From assembly GCF_009914755.1 (NCBI RefSeq), contig NC_060928.1: a DNA stretch of 64,000 bases. The stretch is one strand, 5' to 3'. The translations under genes and the position numbers were made by a program. The notes under the pieces were generated by a model. The model was given only the letters and a program-made list of their open reading frames with translations. It had not been told where the DNA came from and searched no databases. The stretch's first letter is position 1. The number at the start of each line of letters is the position of its first letter. Of the stretch, positions 1 through 14,213 are shown one piece after another. The stretch comes from the human T2T-CHM13v2.0 reference genome, Homo sapiens.

Positions 1-1170
1 ATTATTATTAATTAAAGTCCATACTTTATTCAGATTTCCTTAGGGTTCATCTGGTGTCCTTTTTTCTGTTCCTGGATCTCATCTAGGTTAGATATTTCAT
101 TCATTTTCTCAGGCTTTTCTTGGTTTTGGTGATCTTGATAGTCGTGGAGAGTGCTGGTCAGGTTTTTAAAGAATGTTCAGTTGGAATTTGTTCAGTATTT
201 TCTCCACAATTAGATTATGGTTATGTGTCTTGGAAAGGAAGATAACAGAAGTAATGCTTCATTTTTATATCATTCTGTAAAGAGTACATGCTATCAACAT
301 GACTTTTCATTGTTGAAGTTAAACTTGATCCCTGGATGAGGTGCTGATTGCTAGGTTTCTCCACTATATAGTTACTCTTTTTCCCTACTTTCCACACTGT
401 ACTCTTTGGAAAGAAGTCATTCAGCTCACATTTACCAGGTGAGGAGTTACACTCTACTTCCTTGAGAATGAAGTATCTACATACAGCATTTGAAATTCCT
501 CTCATGGAAGATTTGGCTTAGTCCTTATTTATTTATTCAATCATTTATGTATATCAGTGTGGACTCATAGGTATTTATTTTATAATTTGATTATATAATC
601 TAATACCACTTTATTTTGTTGCTCAAATTGTTCCAGCTTTGGTCATTGAAATTGGCTCTTGAGTCCCATTGACATACTCATATTGAGGTCTTTTTTATTT
701 TTATTTTTTGAGTACTTTCTGGCAATGTAAGATGATCCAGGCTCACCTTGTGTTTTTTTTCTGCCCCAGTGCTATAATTAGCTGTTTCTTCAAGGAGCTC
801 TGGTTCGTTTTATTGGAAAATGGTATTAGCAATATCTGGGAGCCAAGAGAGCTAAGTGTGTTCACTGCTCCAGGGATGTCATTGTTTCTAGGACCTCTCA
901 GCTGACAGACCAAGGAAATATATGTGGGTATGCTATCCTGTGTATTTCCACATCTATAAATATTTCCATATGCAACCATTTGTATCTGAATCAAGCTAAA
1001 CACGAGTTCATACTGGTGCCCATGACTCTAATCCATTACCACATGGATGATTCTAGTCTCCTTCCCTTGCTTATTTCTAAATTCCCACTCTCAACAATAA
1101 GAAACTTGGCTCCCATCACCCATCATCTATTTACTTAATATTTCAATTCTCATATACATGTATAGCAATT
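1..1170 (-). mobile_element. Old L1 (L1MC/L1MD-type) 3' region
   Basis: Resembles L1MC 3' UTR motifs, e.g. 'tttctccactatatagttactc' and 'caaggagctctggttcgttttattggaaaatggtattag'. Confidence 0.65.
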
Positions 1171-1187
1171 GTAACATATGTTTTTAA

Positions 1188-3012
1188 AGTTTTTATTTTT
1201 TATGGATACATAGTAGGTATGTATATATTGAGATATGAGATATTTTGATATAGGCATAAAATGTATAATAATCACATCAATGTACATGAGGTGTCCATCA
1301 CCTGAAGCATTTATCATTTCTTTGAGTTATAAACATTTCAATTGAATTCTCTAAGTTATTGTAAAATGTACAACAAATTATTGCTGACTGCAGTCACCCT
1401 GTTGTGCTATCAAAAATTAGATCTGATTCATTGCATCTAACTATATTTTTGTACTCACTGACCATCCAAATTTCCCCCACCCACCCACTACTCTTTCCAG
1501 CCACTGGTAACCATTATTCTACTCTCTATCTCCATGAGTACAATTGTTTTAATATTTAGCCCCAATAAATGAGTTACAATATGTGAAGCTTGTCTTTCTG
1601 TGTCAGCTTATTTTAGTTAACAAAATGTCTTCCAGTTCCATTCATGTTGTAAGTGACAGGATCTCATTCTTTTTTATGGCTGATTAGTGACTAGTACTCC
1701 ATTGTGTGCATGTGCAACATTTTCTTTATCCATTCTCTGTTGATGAACACAGTAGGTTGCCTCCAGATCTTTGCTATTGTGAATAGTGCTACAACGAACA
1801 TGGGAGTGCAAATACCTCTTTGATATACAGATTTGCTTTCTTTTGTTTATATACCTAGCACTGAGATTGCTGCATCCATATGGTAGTTCCATAACAGTTT
1901 TAGTCTTTTAAGGAACCTCTACACTGTTCTCTATAGTGGTTGTACTCATGGTTCCCTCTGCTTTGTGGTATTACTCAAGAAGTCTTTGCTCAGACCAATG
2001 TACTGGAGATTTTCCCCATATATTCTTGTAGAATTTCATAGTTTGAGGTCTTATATTTGTCTTTAATTCATTTTTATTTTATTTTTGTATATGGTGAGAG
2101 ATATGGGTCTAATTTTATTCTTCTGCATATGGATATTCAGTTTTCCCAGCACCATTAATTAAAGAGACAATTTTTGCTCCAGTGTATGTTTTCCACACAT
2201 TTGTTGAAAATGAGCTCACTGTAGATGTATGGATTTATTTCTGGGTTCTGTATTCTGTTCCATTGGTCTACGTGTCTGTTTTTTTTTTTGCCAGTACCAT
2301 GCTGTTCTGGGTACTATAGCTCTGTAGTATCATTTGAAATTATGTGATGTGATTCCTCCAGTTTTATTCTTTTTGCTTAGGATGGCTTTGACTATTCTGG
2401 GTCTTTTGTGGTTCCAGATAAATTTTAGAATTGCTTTTTCTACTTCTGTAAAGAATGTCATCAGTATTTTGATAGGCATTGCACTGTATCTATAGATTGC
2501 TTTGGCTAGACATTTTAACAATGTTGATTCTTCCAACTCATGAACATAAAATATGTTTTTATTTTTGTGTGTGTCCTCTTCAATTTCTTGCATCAATGTT
2601 TTGTAGTTTTCATTGTGGAGATCTTTCACTTTTTTGGTTAAGTTTATTTCTAGGATTTTATTTTATTTGTAGCTATTGTAAATGATATTACTTCCTTGAT
2701 TTCTTTTTCAGATTGTTCACTGTTGGCATATAGAAATAATATGAATTTTGTACGTTGATTTTTATCCTGCAAGTTTACTGAATTTGTTTATCAGTTCTTA
2801 CCGTTTTTTGGTGGAGTCTTTAGGTTTTTCCAAATATAAGATCATATCATCTGCAGACAAGGATAATTTGACTTCCTCCTTTCCAATTTGGATGAATTTT
2901 ATTTCTTTCTCTTATCTGATTGCTTTAGCTAGGACTCCCAGTACTATGTTGAATAATCATGGTGAATGTAGGCATCCTTGTCTTGTTTCATATCTTAGAG
3001 GAAAGGTTTCCC
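1188..3012 (-). mobile_element. L1MA/L1PB-type 3' UTR plus ORF2 fragment, internally deleted
   Basis: T-rich tail and L1MA-type 3' UTR. ORF2-like peptides at 2330-2629 ([18 protein letters not shown]...) and 1674-1892. Confidence 0.9.
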
Positions 3013-3019
3013 TCTAATG

Positions 3020-3915
3020 CTCTTGTTTTTGTCTTGCCTCCTAACTTTGAAATTGCCTAAGCACCCATGCTGAGAAAGAATATTTATCTTGTATTTCCTT
3101 CAGTTACAATTCTTTATTATTGTACTGGAGTCCAGATAGTATGGTGGCAATATGTGGGAGAGGGAGAAGATTCCATTATATTATGATTACATCTCTGTCT
3201 TTTGATGAGTCTGGGTCTCTGCATTGTGACCTTCACAGTGTTTGCCCAGGGGTATATCCTCCTCCACCACTGCCATCTACTCCATTCTCCATCTGTGTTC
3301 CTGATCTAGTTCCTTGGAGTCCTGTTATCTATTTTTTCCCCTTAGTTGAGACAGAAGTATTAGAAGGGCCGAGTGGGAGCAATGTCCTTTTCTTAATTGA
3401 GATAATGCTCTGGCAAAGCCTTTACCCGTGGAGAGCAGGCCTTGGTGGTGGAGACGGCTCTGGGCACACTGAACAGTGATTATTCTATTTCTGCTCCTCT
3501 GCCTGCCAGAGCCATGGGAGGATCTTTCTGAGTTCTTCATGGTGAGAATCTGCTGGAATTCCTGGAGGTAAAACCCTGGAATTAAAGTGTGGGAGTCCTC
3601 CTAAGACAGTGGCCCCTTGGTCTTTCTCCCTCTCATGCTAGTACACACTTTGCCTCCAGCAGCTTATCAAAATTACCATGTAAATATTCTTACCAATTTA
3701 TGGCTTCAGTTACTTCTGCTTCAGATGAGCAGATCTTAGCTACAGCTCTCTGAATGCATCTGTCTCTATAGTTTTCAGGGTGGCATTTTGTCCTGCAACC
3801 TTAGTTCTTTCATGAACACCCCAAAACTGACTAATTTTCAGTATTGTCTAGTTTTATCTTGTTGTAAGGATGGGAGCAACAACTTTCAACCTCTTTACAT
3901 GTTGGAGCTGAAACA
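3020..3915 (-). mobile_element. Old L1M 5'-region fragment
   Basis: Resembles L1M 5' sequences ('gtgagaatctgctggaattcctggaggtaaaacc'). Confidence 0.45.
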
Positions 3916-4479
3916 AAAAATGCAAATTATTAAGTTTCAATGACTGTGATCTCATTTGGCATTTTGGAAGAAAATAAATTGTTACTTTCTATGATTAGAT
4001 TGACAACTTTAATATATTGCAATAAATGAATCAAGGAATAATATTAGTTGGCTTCTAGAAAACTTTTCTGATTTTGTTATTCTGAGCCTATATTAGCTTT
4101 AAAATGGCATTGATAAAATCTTTTGTCATTTAACTTTAAAAATTATCCACATTTTAGATAATTCACTTTTTACTCTCGTTTTTGCTCTAGGGCTTATAAT
4201 TACAATTTGTCCTCTAAGCATATGGTGTTATTTCAGTGATAGAGAGACATCAAAATAATTTTATTTACTACTTTTAGTGGAATAGAACATTAAATAATGT
4301 TGCCATATAAAATATTTTCAAATATTACTTTTATTCTTCATTAAGTCTCTTATTAAGGTTTATAACATGAATATATTTAATCAATTATGAAATTGATTAA
4401 GCCTGATTTGCTCTATTGTATGGTGTAGAATAATATATATTCCTGTGTGTATAATTCTTATACATACAGAAATATAAAT

Positions 4480-4660
4480 GGATTAATTTGGACAAGTTAT
4501 TCAAACTCTCTCTGCCTCAATTTCTTCCTCTGGGAAAGAGGAATTGTAACCATAAATCTACCTCACTGAGTTGTTGTGAGAACTAAAATGACTAGCTGTA
4601 AGTGAGGTCCCTAGATAAGAGCCTGGCATACAGTATGCCCTAAGCAAATGTTAACACTTG
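4480..4660 (+). mobile_element. MIR SINE
   Basis: Core 'ggacaagttattcaaactctctctgcctcaatttcttcctctg...gttgttgtgag...cctggcatacagta'. Confidence 0.75.
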
Positions 4661-6474
4661 TTATTATCTTTGGTAGTTTCAATTACCATTACTTGCTATT
4701 TTAGACTAATGCATAGTTAAAACCAGAAGGTACTGGAAAAACTCTCTAGGTCAGGAATTGTAAGTAACCTGAAGGCTAAGTTTGACTTTCAGAGGTTTGT
4801 TTATAACCATGTTTTAAAATTATTTTTAATTTGAATGCCTATTGAGGAGGAATGAAAATTCAGTTCCTCATAGTTCCCACTATTCCCTGTTGAATTACAT
4901 AATTATTTGGCTTCCGACATCTGCTTCCCACATTTGTTTTTCAGCTCCTGAAAAACCTTTCAATTTGATTCCCCTGATTTAATCCACCCCTCTTATTTAA
5001 CGGAGAGGCAAATGAGTTCCAGAAGGATAACATAAAGGCTCCAGAGTTGTGACCAAACTAGAAATAAGATCTGGGACTTCTGATTCCTAGAACAATATTA
5101 TCCCTATAACACCATGGTGTGGGCCTTAGTTGGCATTGTGTAGATCAAGCTTCTCTTTAAAGGTAATAAACTGAAGGGCCTAACATTGATCAGTCATCTT
5201 ATGATACGTATCAATGAGTGTGTAAATTCTAGAAGACAAAATTATCCCCACTATTGAAAATCAAAACAAACAAACAGAGTTAAGGTATGTGGCAATATCC
5301 ATTTTCCCTCTTTTAAAAAAATAATATAGAAAGGTCAATTTAGGAAACTATCAAGAAACATTTTTCCTTATTAATTTGATATATATGCAAAACTAACACA
5401 GCAACTTGAGCACATAATTTCAAAACATGTTTGTGAGAGTTTCAATTCACAGCTTGTTCTTGTCCTGTCTTTAAAAGAGAGAGTAAAGCTAAAATTATCT
5501 GTGTGGGACTAGAGCATCGTAATTGGAAACTATTCTGATAGTAGGCATGGTAACAACAATGAAATTATTTCTACAAAATGCAAGAGGAAGAAATGTGATA
5601 TAATTAATTTTGAATACTCCAGATATGGTAAACTGGATGCATTGTGAAACATATATACCGAGAAAAGGTGGGGGAGTTGAAGTTTATTTAAAAATCAGAT
5701 GAGTATTTTTAAAGAAAAATTGTATTTTTAAATAAGATTTCACTCTATCTTCCCTCACAAAATCAAGGAAATAAGGCACAGTAGTTACCTGAACCTGACT
5801 CACTGTTAGCTCAGTGGGAGGTTTTAATTAGAAGCTCTTTCAGTGAAAATGAGAAAAAGAAAGTGACAGTCTCATCCCTTGACAGTCATAAGAATAGGCA
5901 AACTTTCTGTAGAATGTTTGGTTACTCTCTATGGGGCACAAATAAAATATGCAGTTTGAAAATTCAGTCTTATGGTGAAAACACTGCAAGCCTTCAGGTT
6001 TCTGTGATTTGCAATCTGCAGTGTGTCTAATAATCATGAGGGCTTCTTAGTCCAGCAACAGGGTTACTATAACAAAATTAGTGGGACCAGGGTCTGGGAC
6101 CTGCATCACAGGAGAGCTGATGCTGGTGATCTGTTGACCACATTTTGTAAAAGCATCTTGTGTCTTGCAGGAATTTCAGAATATTTAATTTTCCTTGCTC
6201 TTTCTATTTCCTTATACTGTTTTATTTCAGAAGTGGAAAGTAATAAAAAATAGATAACTATAATAATAACTCAAAAGACCTTGAAAACCTGAACCTTGCC
6301 TTCATGGTGCTCACAATTTACTTTGTAGATATGATGCCATTAATAAATGACACAGGAAAGCATGGACTGAAGAGTAAGGAGAGAAGGGACGATGTTTTAG
6401 AGCAGGAGGAAGCCACAAAGCCCTTAATGGAAGGGCTGGATGTGGCAAGTTAATAAATGAATCGCATTATCAGT

Positions 6475-6665
6475 TTGGGATATAGAGGTACCAGAGTTAA
6501 ATCCTGGTTTTCCACATCATAGCTATGTGAACTAGGACAAATTGTTTTATATCTCTGAGTCTCAGCTTCCACCTTTCTAAAAAATAACACATATAGGTAA
6601 ATTTTCAATAACATGGGAAATCACTTGGCACATTGCCTGATGCATAGTTAATTGTTCAATAAATA
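6475..6665 (+). mobile_element. MIR SINE
   Basis: 'aaatcctggttttccacatcatagctatgtgaactaggacaa...tctctgagtctcagcttcc'. Confidence 0.7.
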
Positions 6666-6859
6666 GTTATTTTGTTTATCCTTGAAAGAAAATTTGTGTA
6701 TATAAATTAGAGGGAAATATACTGAAAGTGAAGCCTTGAAGTTAAGTTCTCTGTGCCCACCCAGCTAGTTTAGTGGTCCTGGGAAAGGAACTCTGATGTC
6801 TTGACTTCCAGTTCAGTGTTCATTCCCAAACTTACACAATTTTATGGATCGCTAGAAGT

Positions 6860-6990
6860 ACTTGCTAACGAATAAGATCCCTGGGCCCAGTTCTAGAGCT
6901 TCTGAATCAGAATTTCCAGGGCAGAGTCCTGGACACTTAGTTTTAATAAGCACCTCGTGTGGGTCTTAGGTTAAGGTAACAGGCAGGGAG
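6860..6990. mobile_element. MER5-type hAT DNA transposon fragment
   Basis: 'gatccctgggccc...ttctgaatcagaatttccaggg...ttttaataagcacc'. Confidence 0.6.
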
Positions 6991-7168
6991 CATCTAGAGC
7001 ACGGAAAACAACTAAACCAAAGTTATGAAAATGAGAACAACAACAACAGCAATGACAGATTTATGGAGAAGAGCATGAGCATCACTAAAGTAGAGGTACA
7101 TATTTATCACTTATTCATTCAAGAAATATTTTTTCATCACCTGCTATGTGCCAGATATTGCCCTAGGT

Positions 7169-7386
7169 CAGTGGCTCTCAAGTGGGTAAATTTGCCTTTT
7201 AGAAGACATTTATCAATATATAGAGACATTTTTGGTTTTTACATCTTGGGGGTTGCCACTGCTATCTAATGGGTAGATGCCATGTATACCTCTAAACACT
7301 CTACAATGTATAGGACAGCACCTCTTCCCTCCAGAAATTAAAAATGTGATCCAAAATATCAATGGTGCTAAGGTTGAGAAACTGTA
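7169..7386. mobile_element. MER20 (hAT-Charlie) inserted into an L2 3' end
   Basis: Termini CAGTGGCTCTCAA ... GTTGAGAAACTG with a typical MER20 body. Degenerate 8-bp TSD ccctaggt/ttctaggt. L2-like sequence on both sides (7110-7168 and 7395 onward). Confidence 0.85.
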
Positions 7387-8342
7387 TTCTAGGTATCAGT
7401 GACAAAGACAGCAAATAAGATTTGTATCCTAACAAAGTGTGTATTTTTATAATTGTAACACGTTTGGCAATAGGAAGGCAGCAATAGGAACAGAGCAATA
7501 CAGATAAGAGAGAACATTTATAAGGATACCACCCCAATATAAATTGGCCTATGATTGAGTCTGATGACTAGAGAAGACTGGATGGAAGGTGACTACAGGG
7601 TCTGGTAGAAGATGGACCAACCAAAGGGAAGATCAGAGAAAACATGGAATTGGGGAAAAGTTTACTTTTAGACTTGTTGAGTTTGAGATTGTATCAGGAT
7701 TTTAAATGTGCTATGTCTGTTAGACTATAGCACAAGCGAGAAAAAAAGAAAAGAAATATTAATCTTGGATCCAGGAACAGCAAGATGATAGCTTTATGCA
7801 ATCAAATAGATGAATCTTCATGGGAGGAAATTCATAGAAAAGATATCAGAGGTTCAGAGACCGTGCCTTGGGGAATGCCAGTAATTAATAACAGCCAGTT
7901 ATGCATTTTTATAAAGGTATAGTCTTGCCATTCATTTTCTTTGATCCTCATAAGGGCTGGGTGGCATGGATATGTAGGTACGTTTTTATCTATTTTATGA
8001 ATACCAGAATCAGTTATAAATCACCTTGCTACAGAGTACCAGAGATAAGATTCAAAACTTACGTTTCCTACCTCTAAATTCAGAATTCTTAATACTGTGT
8101 GTACCAGAAGTCAAGAGGAAGGAGCTCAGCCAGGCATTCTTAAGGTCTGCATTAATTCTGTGCAAGTCCAGGTGCTATATGAGATAAATTTATGCCCAAA
8201 GCATGTGAAAAATGCTACCTCCTTTATTTCAAAAAAGGCTGTTTTGGGAAAGGTTTTTATTTTTGGAGGACAAAAGACATAATCAATCTAGCTCACTAAA
8301 TCTGCTGGAATCTTGGTTGTATCAGTCAGTGTCTTGGTTGGA

Positions 8343-8700
8343 GTCATGGTCTGAATGTTTGTACACTCTCAAAATTCATATATTGGAAAGTGTCTCCCAA
8401 GGTCATGGTAAAGGAGGTGAATCCTTTAGGAGCTGATTAGGTCACCTTCACTCTTCCCTTATGAATGAGATTAGCGCTCTTATAAAAGAGGCCAAGGGGA
8501 GCTTGTTTGCCCCTTCCACCATGTGAAGACACGCGGAGAAGATACCATCTATAAGGAACAGGCCCTCAGCAGACACAGAATCTACTAATGTCTTGCTTTT
8601 GGGCTTCCCAGCCTCCAGAACTGTGAGAAATAAATTTCTGTTGTTTATAAGTCACCCAGTTTAGGATATTTTGTTATACCCACCCAAGCTGACTCAGACA
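8343..8700 (+). mobile_element. MLT1A-type MaLR solo LTR
   Basis: 'atggtctgaatgtttgt...aaaattcata...attagcgctcttataaaagaggcc...cagcctccagaactgtgagaaataaatttctgttgtttataag'. Confidence 0.85.
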
Positions 8701-9901
8701 GTTGCTCATGACAGAAATGTAAAAAAACCTCATAAAAAGAAAGAAGGAGAAATTTATTTATGGACTCATGTAAATAAATCATGGATATGGCACGAAAGGA
8801 GATGGACAGTGAAAGTGGAAACACTGCCAAGACCCCTTTTCTTTTTTCCTTTCTGCTTCTTCTTTCCTTCTTTTCTTCCTTACCTTTGGGAGTGGTAACA
8901 CCATGTCTGGCATCTTCTATACTTATATTCTCACAGCTTTGAAAATAGAGAGAAAGATGCTTTCTCCCTCCCAGTTCTGGCTGAAGAAGTGGCTGTGGCA
9001 TAGAGGTTTGGATTGTAAATTGAGCTCTACAGAGGGTGGTTATTTTCTTGCAGACTTTTTAGGTAACTTTACAGTAAGTGCTACCAGGTGGAGGGTAGAT
9101 GATGTGAAGGGCACAGGCTTGGCTTTCTTCAGCCATGGTTAACATCTGCACAAGCATTTAACCACGTAGTAAAGGATAACGATGCTCTCTGTCTTATTTT
9201 AGAGGTGGTTAGCTTATTTTATTCCTCCTTTCTCTTCTCACAAATACATGTTTTTGAGCATCACTTTACTGTCTTACTCTCCAGTGTTTTAAAATAATTA
9301 ACTTAAACTACCGCATTATTTCCTTTTAATTGTAAACAAGTTTTTCAGCCTTTTCCTTCTCTATATGTTGTTAAAATGACAAGATAAGGGCAAGCAAAAG
9401 AGTCCTTCTGGTGATTTGTTTGAATATATCATGTTGCTCAGGGTAAGCAGTTGGCTGCTGTGCAACACTCAGCCTGAAGCTTTTGGCCTGGCAATGTAGT
9501 TTCAATTTAATCAGAGGCAAGAGCTATAAAATTATACTGTTCAGAATGATATATACCCAGTGGAATAGCCATGCCACAGCAACAACCTGAATTTCCACCT
9601 CAAGTATTTGGCTAGGAGGAAATTAGTCATCATCGTTATGTTAAAAATTGTTAATGAGACAGGAAAAAGGTCACTGCAAATGCTTCCTTAAGGTGACAAT
9701 TATTTGATATTGTACTAGTGAGATTTTGTTGGCTTGCTTATTTTGAATTAAAACATTATTGGTATTTTTCTTTTTTAAAAAATTTATCTTATGTCACATT
9801 GTGTTATTATCCTAGTGTGAAAAGTGTATTCACTTTAGAATCAGACTGCCTTACATTCAAATTTTAGTTTATTCTTATTCAACAAATATGTGCTTACTGT
9901 C

Positions 9902-10258
9902 TGTCTTAGCTTATTCAGGCTGCTATAACAAAATACCCTTGACTGGGCAATTTATAAACAACAAAATTTATTTTTCACAGTTCTGGAGCATAGAAAGTTC
10001 AAGATCACAGTGAGCAGATTGCTTCCCTGATGAGGGCTTTTTCCTCATAGATGGGAACTTTTTGCTGTATCCTCACATGGTGAAAGGAAAAACCCAGTTC
10101 CCTCTGGCCTCTTTTATAAAGGCACTAATCCCATTCATGAGTTTTCTGCCTTCATGACCTAATCACCTCTCAAAAGCCCCATCTCTTAATACTATTGCAT
10201 TGAGGATTAAATTTCAACATATGAATTTTTAGGGGACACAGTCATTTAGACCAAAGCA
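9902..10258 (-). mobile_element. MLT1A/MSTD-type MaLR solo LTR
   Basis: 'tgtcttagc..ttcaggctgctataacaaaatacc...cactaatcccattcatgag...tttcaacatatgaattt'. Confidence 0.85.
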
Positions 10259-10774
10259 GTGTCTATGATCATGTTTCAGATATTCTATTAAGTCTAGAGG
10301 ATGCAAAATTACATAACATACACTTTTTGATCTCAGAAAGTACGTAATGGTGCGGAGTTAGTGCTGGGGTTGCAGAAGATGGGCAGCGCACAACCCACCG
10401 AATGGAGAGTTTTGAAGGGCTCCCTAGAGATAGTGCTGCTTGACCTGGTTTTGGTAGGTTTCATGAATTCAAGGTGTAGGAAGTATTTGCAAGTAGAGTG
10501 CAGATAGCTGGACTTCAAGTCTGGGTTGTAGGAAAGGAGTCTGAGCTGAGGATGTACATTTGGGGGCTTCAACAGCCTTCAGTTAGCTGTTGAAATTTTG
10601 GACGAGGTCATCAGAGAGGATGAGGTGGTCAGTGGACAAAGCTGAGAGACTCTGAGAACCAGAAGGCTCAGGGGAAAGAGTGACCCTAGCTGGACACAGA
10701 GGAGTGACCAGACATGTCAGGGAAAACTTAGGGACGAGGGATGTTGTATTTGCCAATGGGAAAAGAGTCTCATG

Positions 10775-10930
10775 ATTTTGTGACCTTAAGCAAGTTAGAA
10801 ATCTCCCTGTAGTTCATTTTCCTTGTCAATGAAAAAGAAATAATAATATCTATTGCATAGTATGTTGTGAAGATTATGGCAGTACATTCAATTGACATAA
10901 TGCTTGGAATATAGACTTCATTCAATGATT
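10775..10930 (+). mobile_element. MIR SINE
   Basis: 'tgtgaccttaagcaagtta...tttccttgtcaatgaaaa...gttgtgaagaatta'. Confidence 0.6.
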
Positions 10931-11983
10931 GCTTTTTCCAATATTGATTGGGTTACTGATAAAATTGTACATGATAAAATCTGCCACTTAATGAGACTTA
11001 TTATTTTGTTCAATAATTTCATTAGATTGCCTTTCCTAATGGCTAAATCTCCAAAATCTAATAATTAGCTCCACTGAGGAGCTGTGGTGACAAACCAAGC
11101 AGAGTCTGCTTTCCTTTCCAGAAACAATTCCCAATGTTTCCAGAAATAATTTTTTCTTCCTTCTGATAATGATATAGCAATCAATCTTGTTTTCAAAAGC
11201 TGCATTTATTTTTAGTTTGAATATACAATCAATAATAAATGTTAACCTTCCTTTACAAAACTACATCAGTCATGCCAAATGGTATAGTACATGTAGTGAA
11301 AAAAGATGACTTTTATAGTTTTAACTATTATTGCACACATCTACTTGTGTATGTTTCATGTGCCTCACAATTTAGGTGCTTTAATTAAAGCAACCTAATT
11401 TGGGGAAATTGCAGAAGAGATGGGAAGGCAACATTTTTTTGCTTTTGAAATCTTGTCGTTATTTGTTTTCTTTGAAGCTGAGCTGAAAAATTATCTAGAT
11501 TCCTTTGTGGAGCACATAGACAAATTCAACCTCTGGCTTTATGCAAAAATTTAAAACATTTTCATTTGTGTCTTCCTTTTCATGTAATGCGAAGTACCTC
11601 ACTTAGTCATGCTCTGTGTTTGCTTTTCACAGCAATTTCTAGGGCTTTTTTTTTTTTTAATACCTGAAAGGAAAGCATATTGCAAGATAAGAGATAGAAA
11701 CCAGTAGAAAAGATAGATAAAGAACAGGCAAATTATCTCCCCTTCTTTAATGCACTTGTTTCTTTTTTATGCCCTTTCCATTTCTTCAGTAGCATCTTGG
11801 AGAAAAGTCCTACACACAAGTGATTGTATCAAGGGTCTTGGAAGAACAGTGTGTTTCATGGTTACCTTATTAGAATTACCATCAGATTGTGTTTCTAGAG
11901 CAAGTTGATAAGCACGAGGAAGATGTAGTCCAATAAGCCCTTTAGTCTTATGCCTATAACTTGGTATTTAAAATCCATCTGTC

Positions 11984-12449
11984 TGTGATAGGCTGCTGAA
12001 TAATGCTCCCCGCCCCCACCCGCACCCTGCCGAAAGGTGTCCCTCTCCTAATCCCTGGAACCTGTGAATACGTTAATTTACAGTTAAGGAGACTTTGTAG
12101 ATGTGATGAAGTTAGGGTTCTTGAGATGGGGATATTATCCTGGATTACTGGATGGACCCAGTGTAATAACATGGGTCCTTATAAAAAGGAGGCAGGAAGA
12201 TCAGAATCAGAGATGGAGGAAGGGACCATTATCCACAGAATGGGGGACCCTTTAGCAGCCGGCAAAGGCAAGACAAGGAATTCTCCCCTGAGCCTTCAAA
12301 AGGAGTATGAGTCTGCTGACACCTTGATTTCTGTCCATTGAAACCCATATGAGACTTCTAAACCATGAAATTGTTGAGATAAATTTTTTGTGTTTTTAAA
12401 CTACTAACTTTGTAGTAATTTAGTACAGCGGCAATAGGAAACCAATACA
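11984..12449 (+). mobile_element. MLT1D-type MaLR solo LTR
   Basis: TG...CA ends. 'ctaatccctggaacctgtgaata...gagatggggatattatcctggatta...gcaataggaaaccaataca'. Confidence 0.85.
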
Positions 12450-12483
12450 CTATTTTTAATCTCTATGTATTTAAGAAACTCTG

Positions 12484-12788
<305 letters not shown>

Positions 12789-12889
12789 TTAAAATTCATA
12801 AATCCTGTATTAGTCCCTCTAATTTCTTATTGTTTATCACATGAGTTGGGATATAGAGAGAGTCAGAACATGGCTAATAAGGTCATATA

Positions 12890-13070
12890 AATAGTTGAGT
12901 TCTGTAAGTTACTTGAATCAAATACTAGCTCCATCATTTGCTAGTTGCCTGACATTAGTCCTGTCACATACTTCTCTGTGCCCCAGGTTTTTCATTTGTA
13001 AAGCTAAGATAATAACACTACCTACCTTACTTATAGAGTTAAAGGACTCGCTATTTATAAAAAATATTAG
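12890..13070 (+). mobile_element. MIR SINE
   Basis: 'cttctctgtgccccaggtttttcatttgtaaagctaagataataacactacctacct'. Confidence 0.65.
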
Positions 13071-14213
13071 CTTTCTGCACCAACCAAGCTTTCATAAATG
13101 GCCTCTAGCTCTTACTTCCCTGGAGTTCAGTGTATTTAGGTGACACTGGGACCATGATCATTAGTACAGTCAGAGAGACATAAGAGTGAAGCCTGGAAGC
13201 CTGAGGAGGAAATGGGAATGGGGGTTTCCCTGAAGCTGTGTCCAATTTTCTCAAATTCTGAATTTTCACTGGCTTTCTTGCCCTCAGTTCTCAGTCTATT
13301 CTGGGAATTCTACAGGGACTGAAATAACTTCTCTTCATCACACTGACATTTATGAAAGAATCAGGCTGAGACGAAGTACAGGTATTTCAACCCGTAAAGT
13401 AGATTCTTACAGCATCCAAATGCACAGAAAGGGATTGGCTGCATTTAGGTGATTATTCAGGCATTTTTCTTGATGCAGAAAATTGAGAAACACTTTAATC
13501 TTATATAATATTGTAGATATAATATATAAAATACAGTAGAAGAGAAAGGGCACCTTTCCCTTTAAGAGAGAGCACTGGGGTTCTTGTAACAAAGATGAAG
13601 GGTGTTACGAAAATGGTTAATGCGGGGCTCTCTAGCCACTTAATACTCTGATGCCATTGTTCAATATTGTAGTCCCTTTTCTTCTGGTTTGCAACTTGAA
13701 TATTTTAACAAATAAGAGGAAAAATATTTTAGAAATTTCTCCATTTGCAAGATGTTCCTGACTTATTCGCTGCCTGGCTTTTAACTGTTGTAAGCTCATA
13801 ATTTTGAGATTAGAGGCTCCTGAATATGATGATTTTTGTGGTCATCCTCATATCAGTTTTATCTACAGAGATTAGCAAAATGTAAAATGCCAATACATAG
13901 CATTTTTGACAATATGTATAGAAGCCAAGATATTCATATTAGAAGATAGACATTTTTGTTTAGTAGGAATGTGGTTACCGGGAGATATTTCTGAATTAGA
14001 TTCTAATCCCTCTTTCTTCCAGCTATGACACTTTGGGTAGTAGTGATAGATGGCATGTTTGTGAATATTTATAATTAACAATGTGTCTTCATGTGGATTT
14101 TACATATAATCCTACAACTCTCTTGTAGGCGAGACTGTAGCTATTCCCATATTAGAGAACAGAAAACCTAGTCCTGGAAAAGTAAATGGACCTCCTCAAA
14201 TTCATACCACTAC

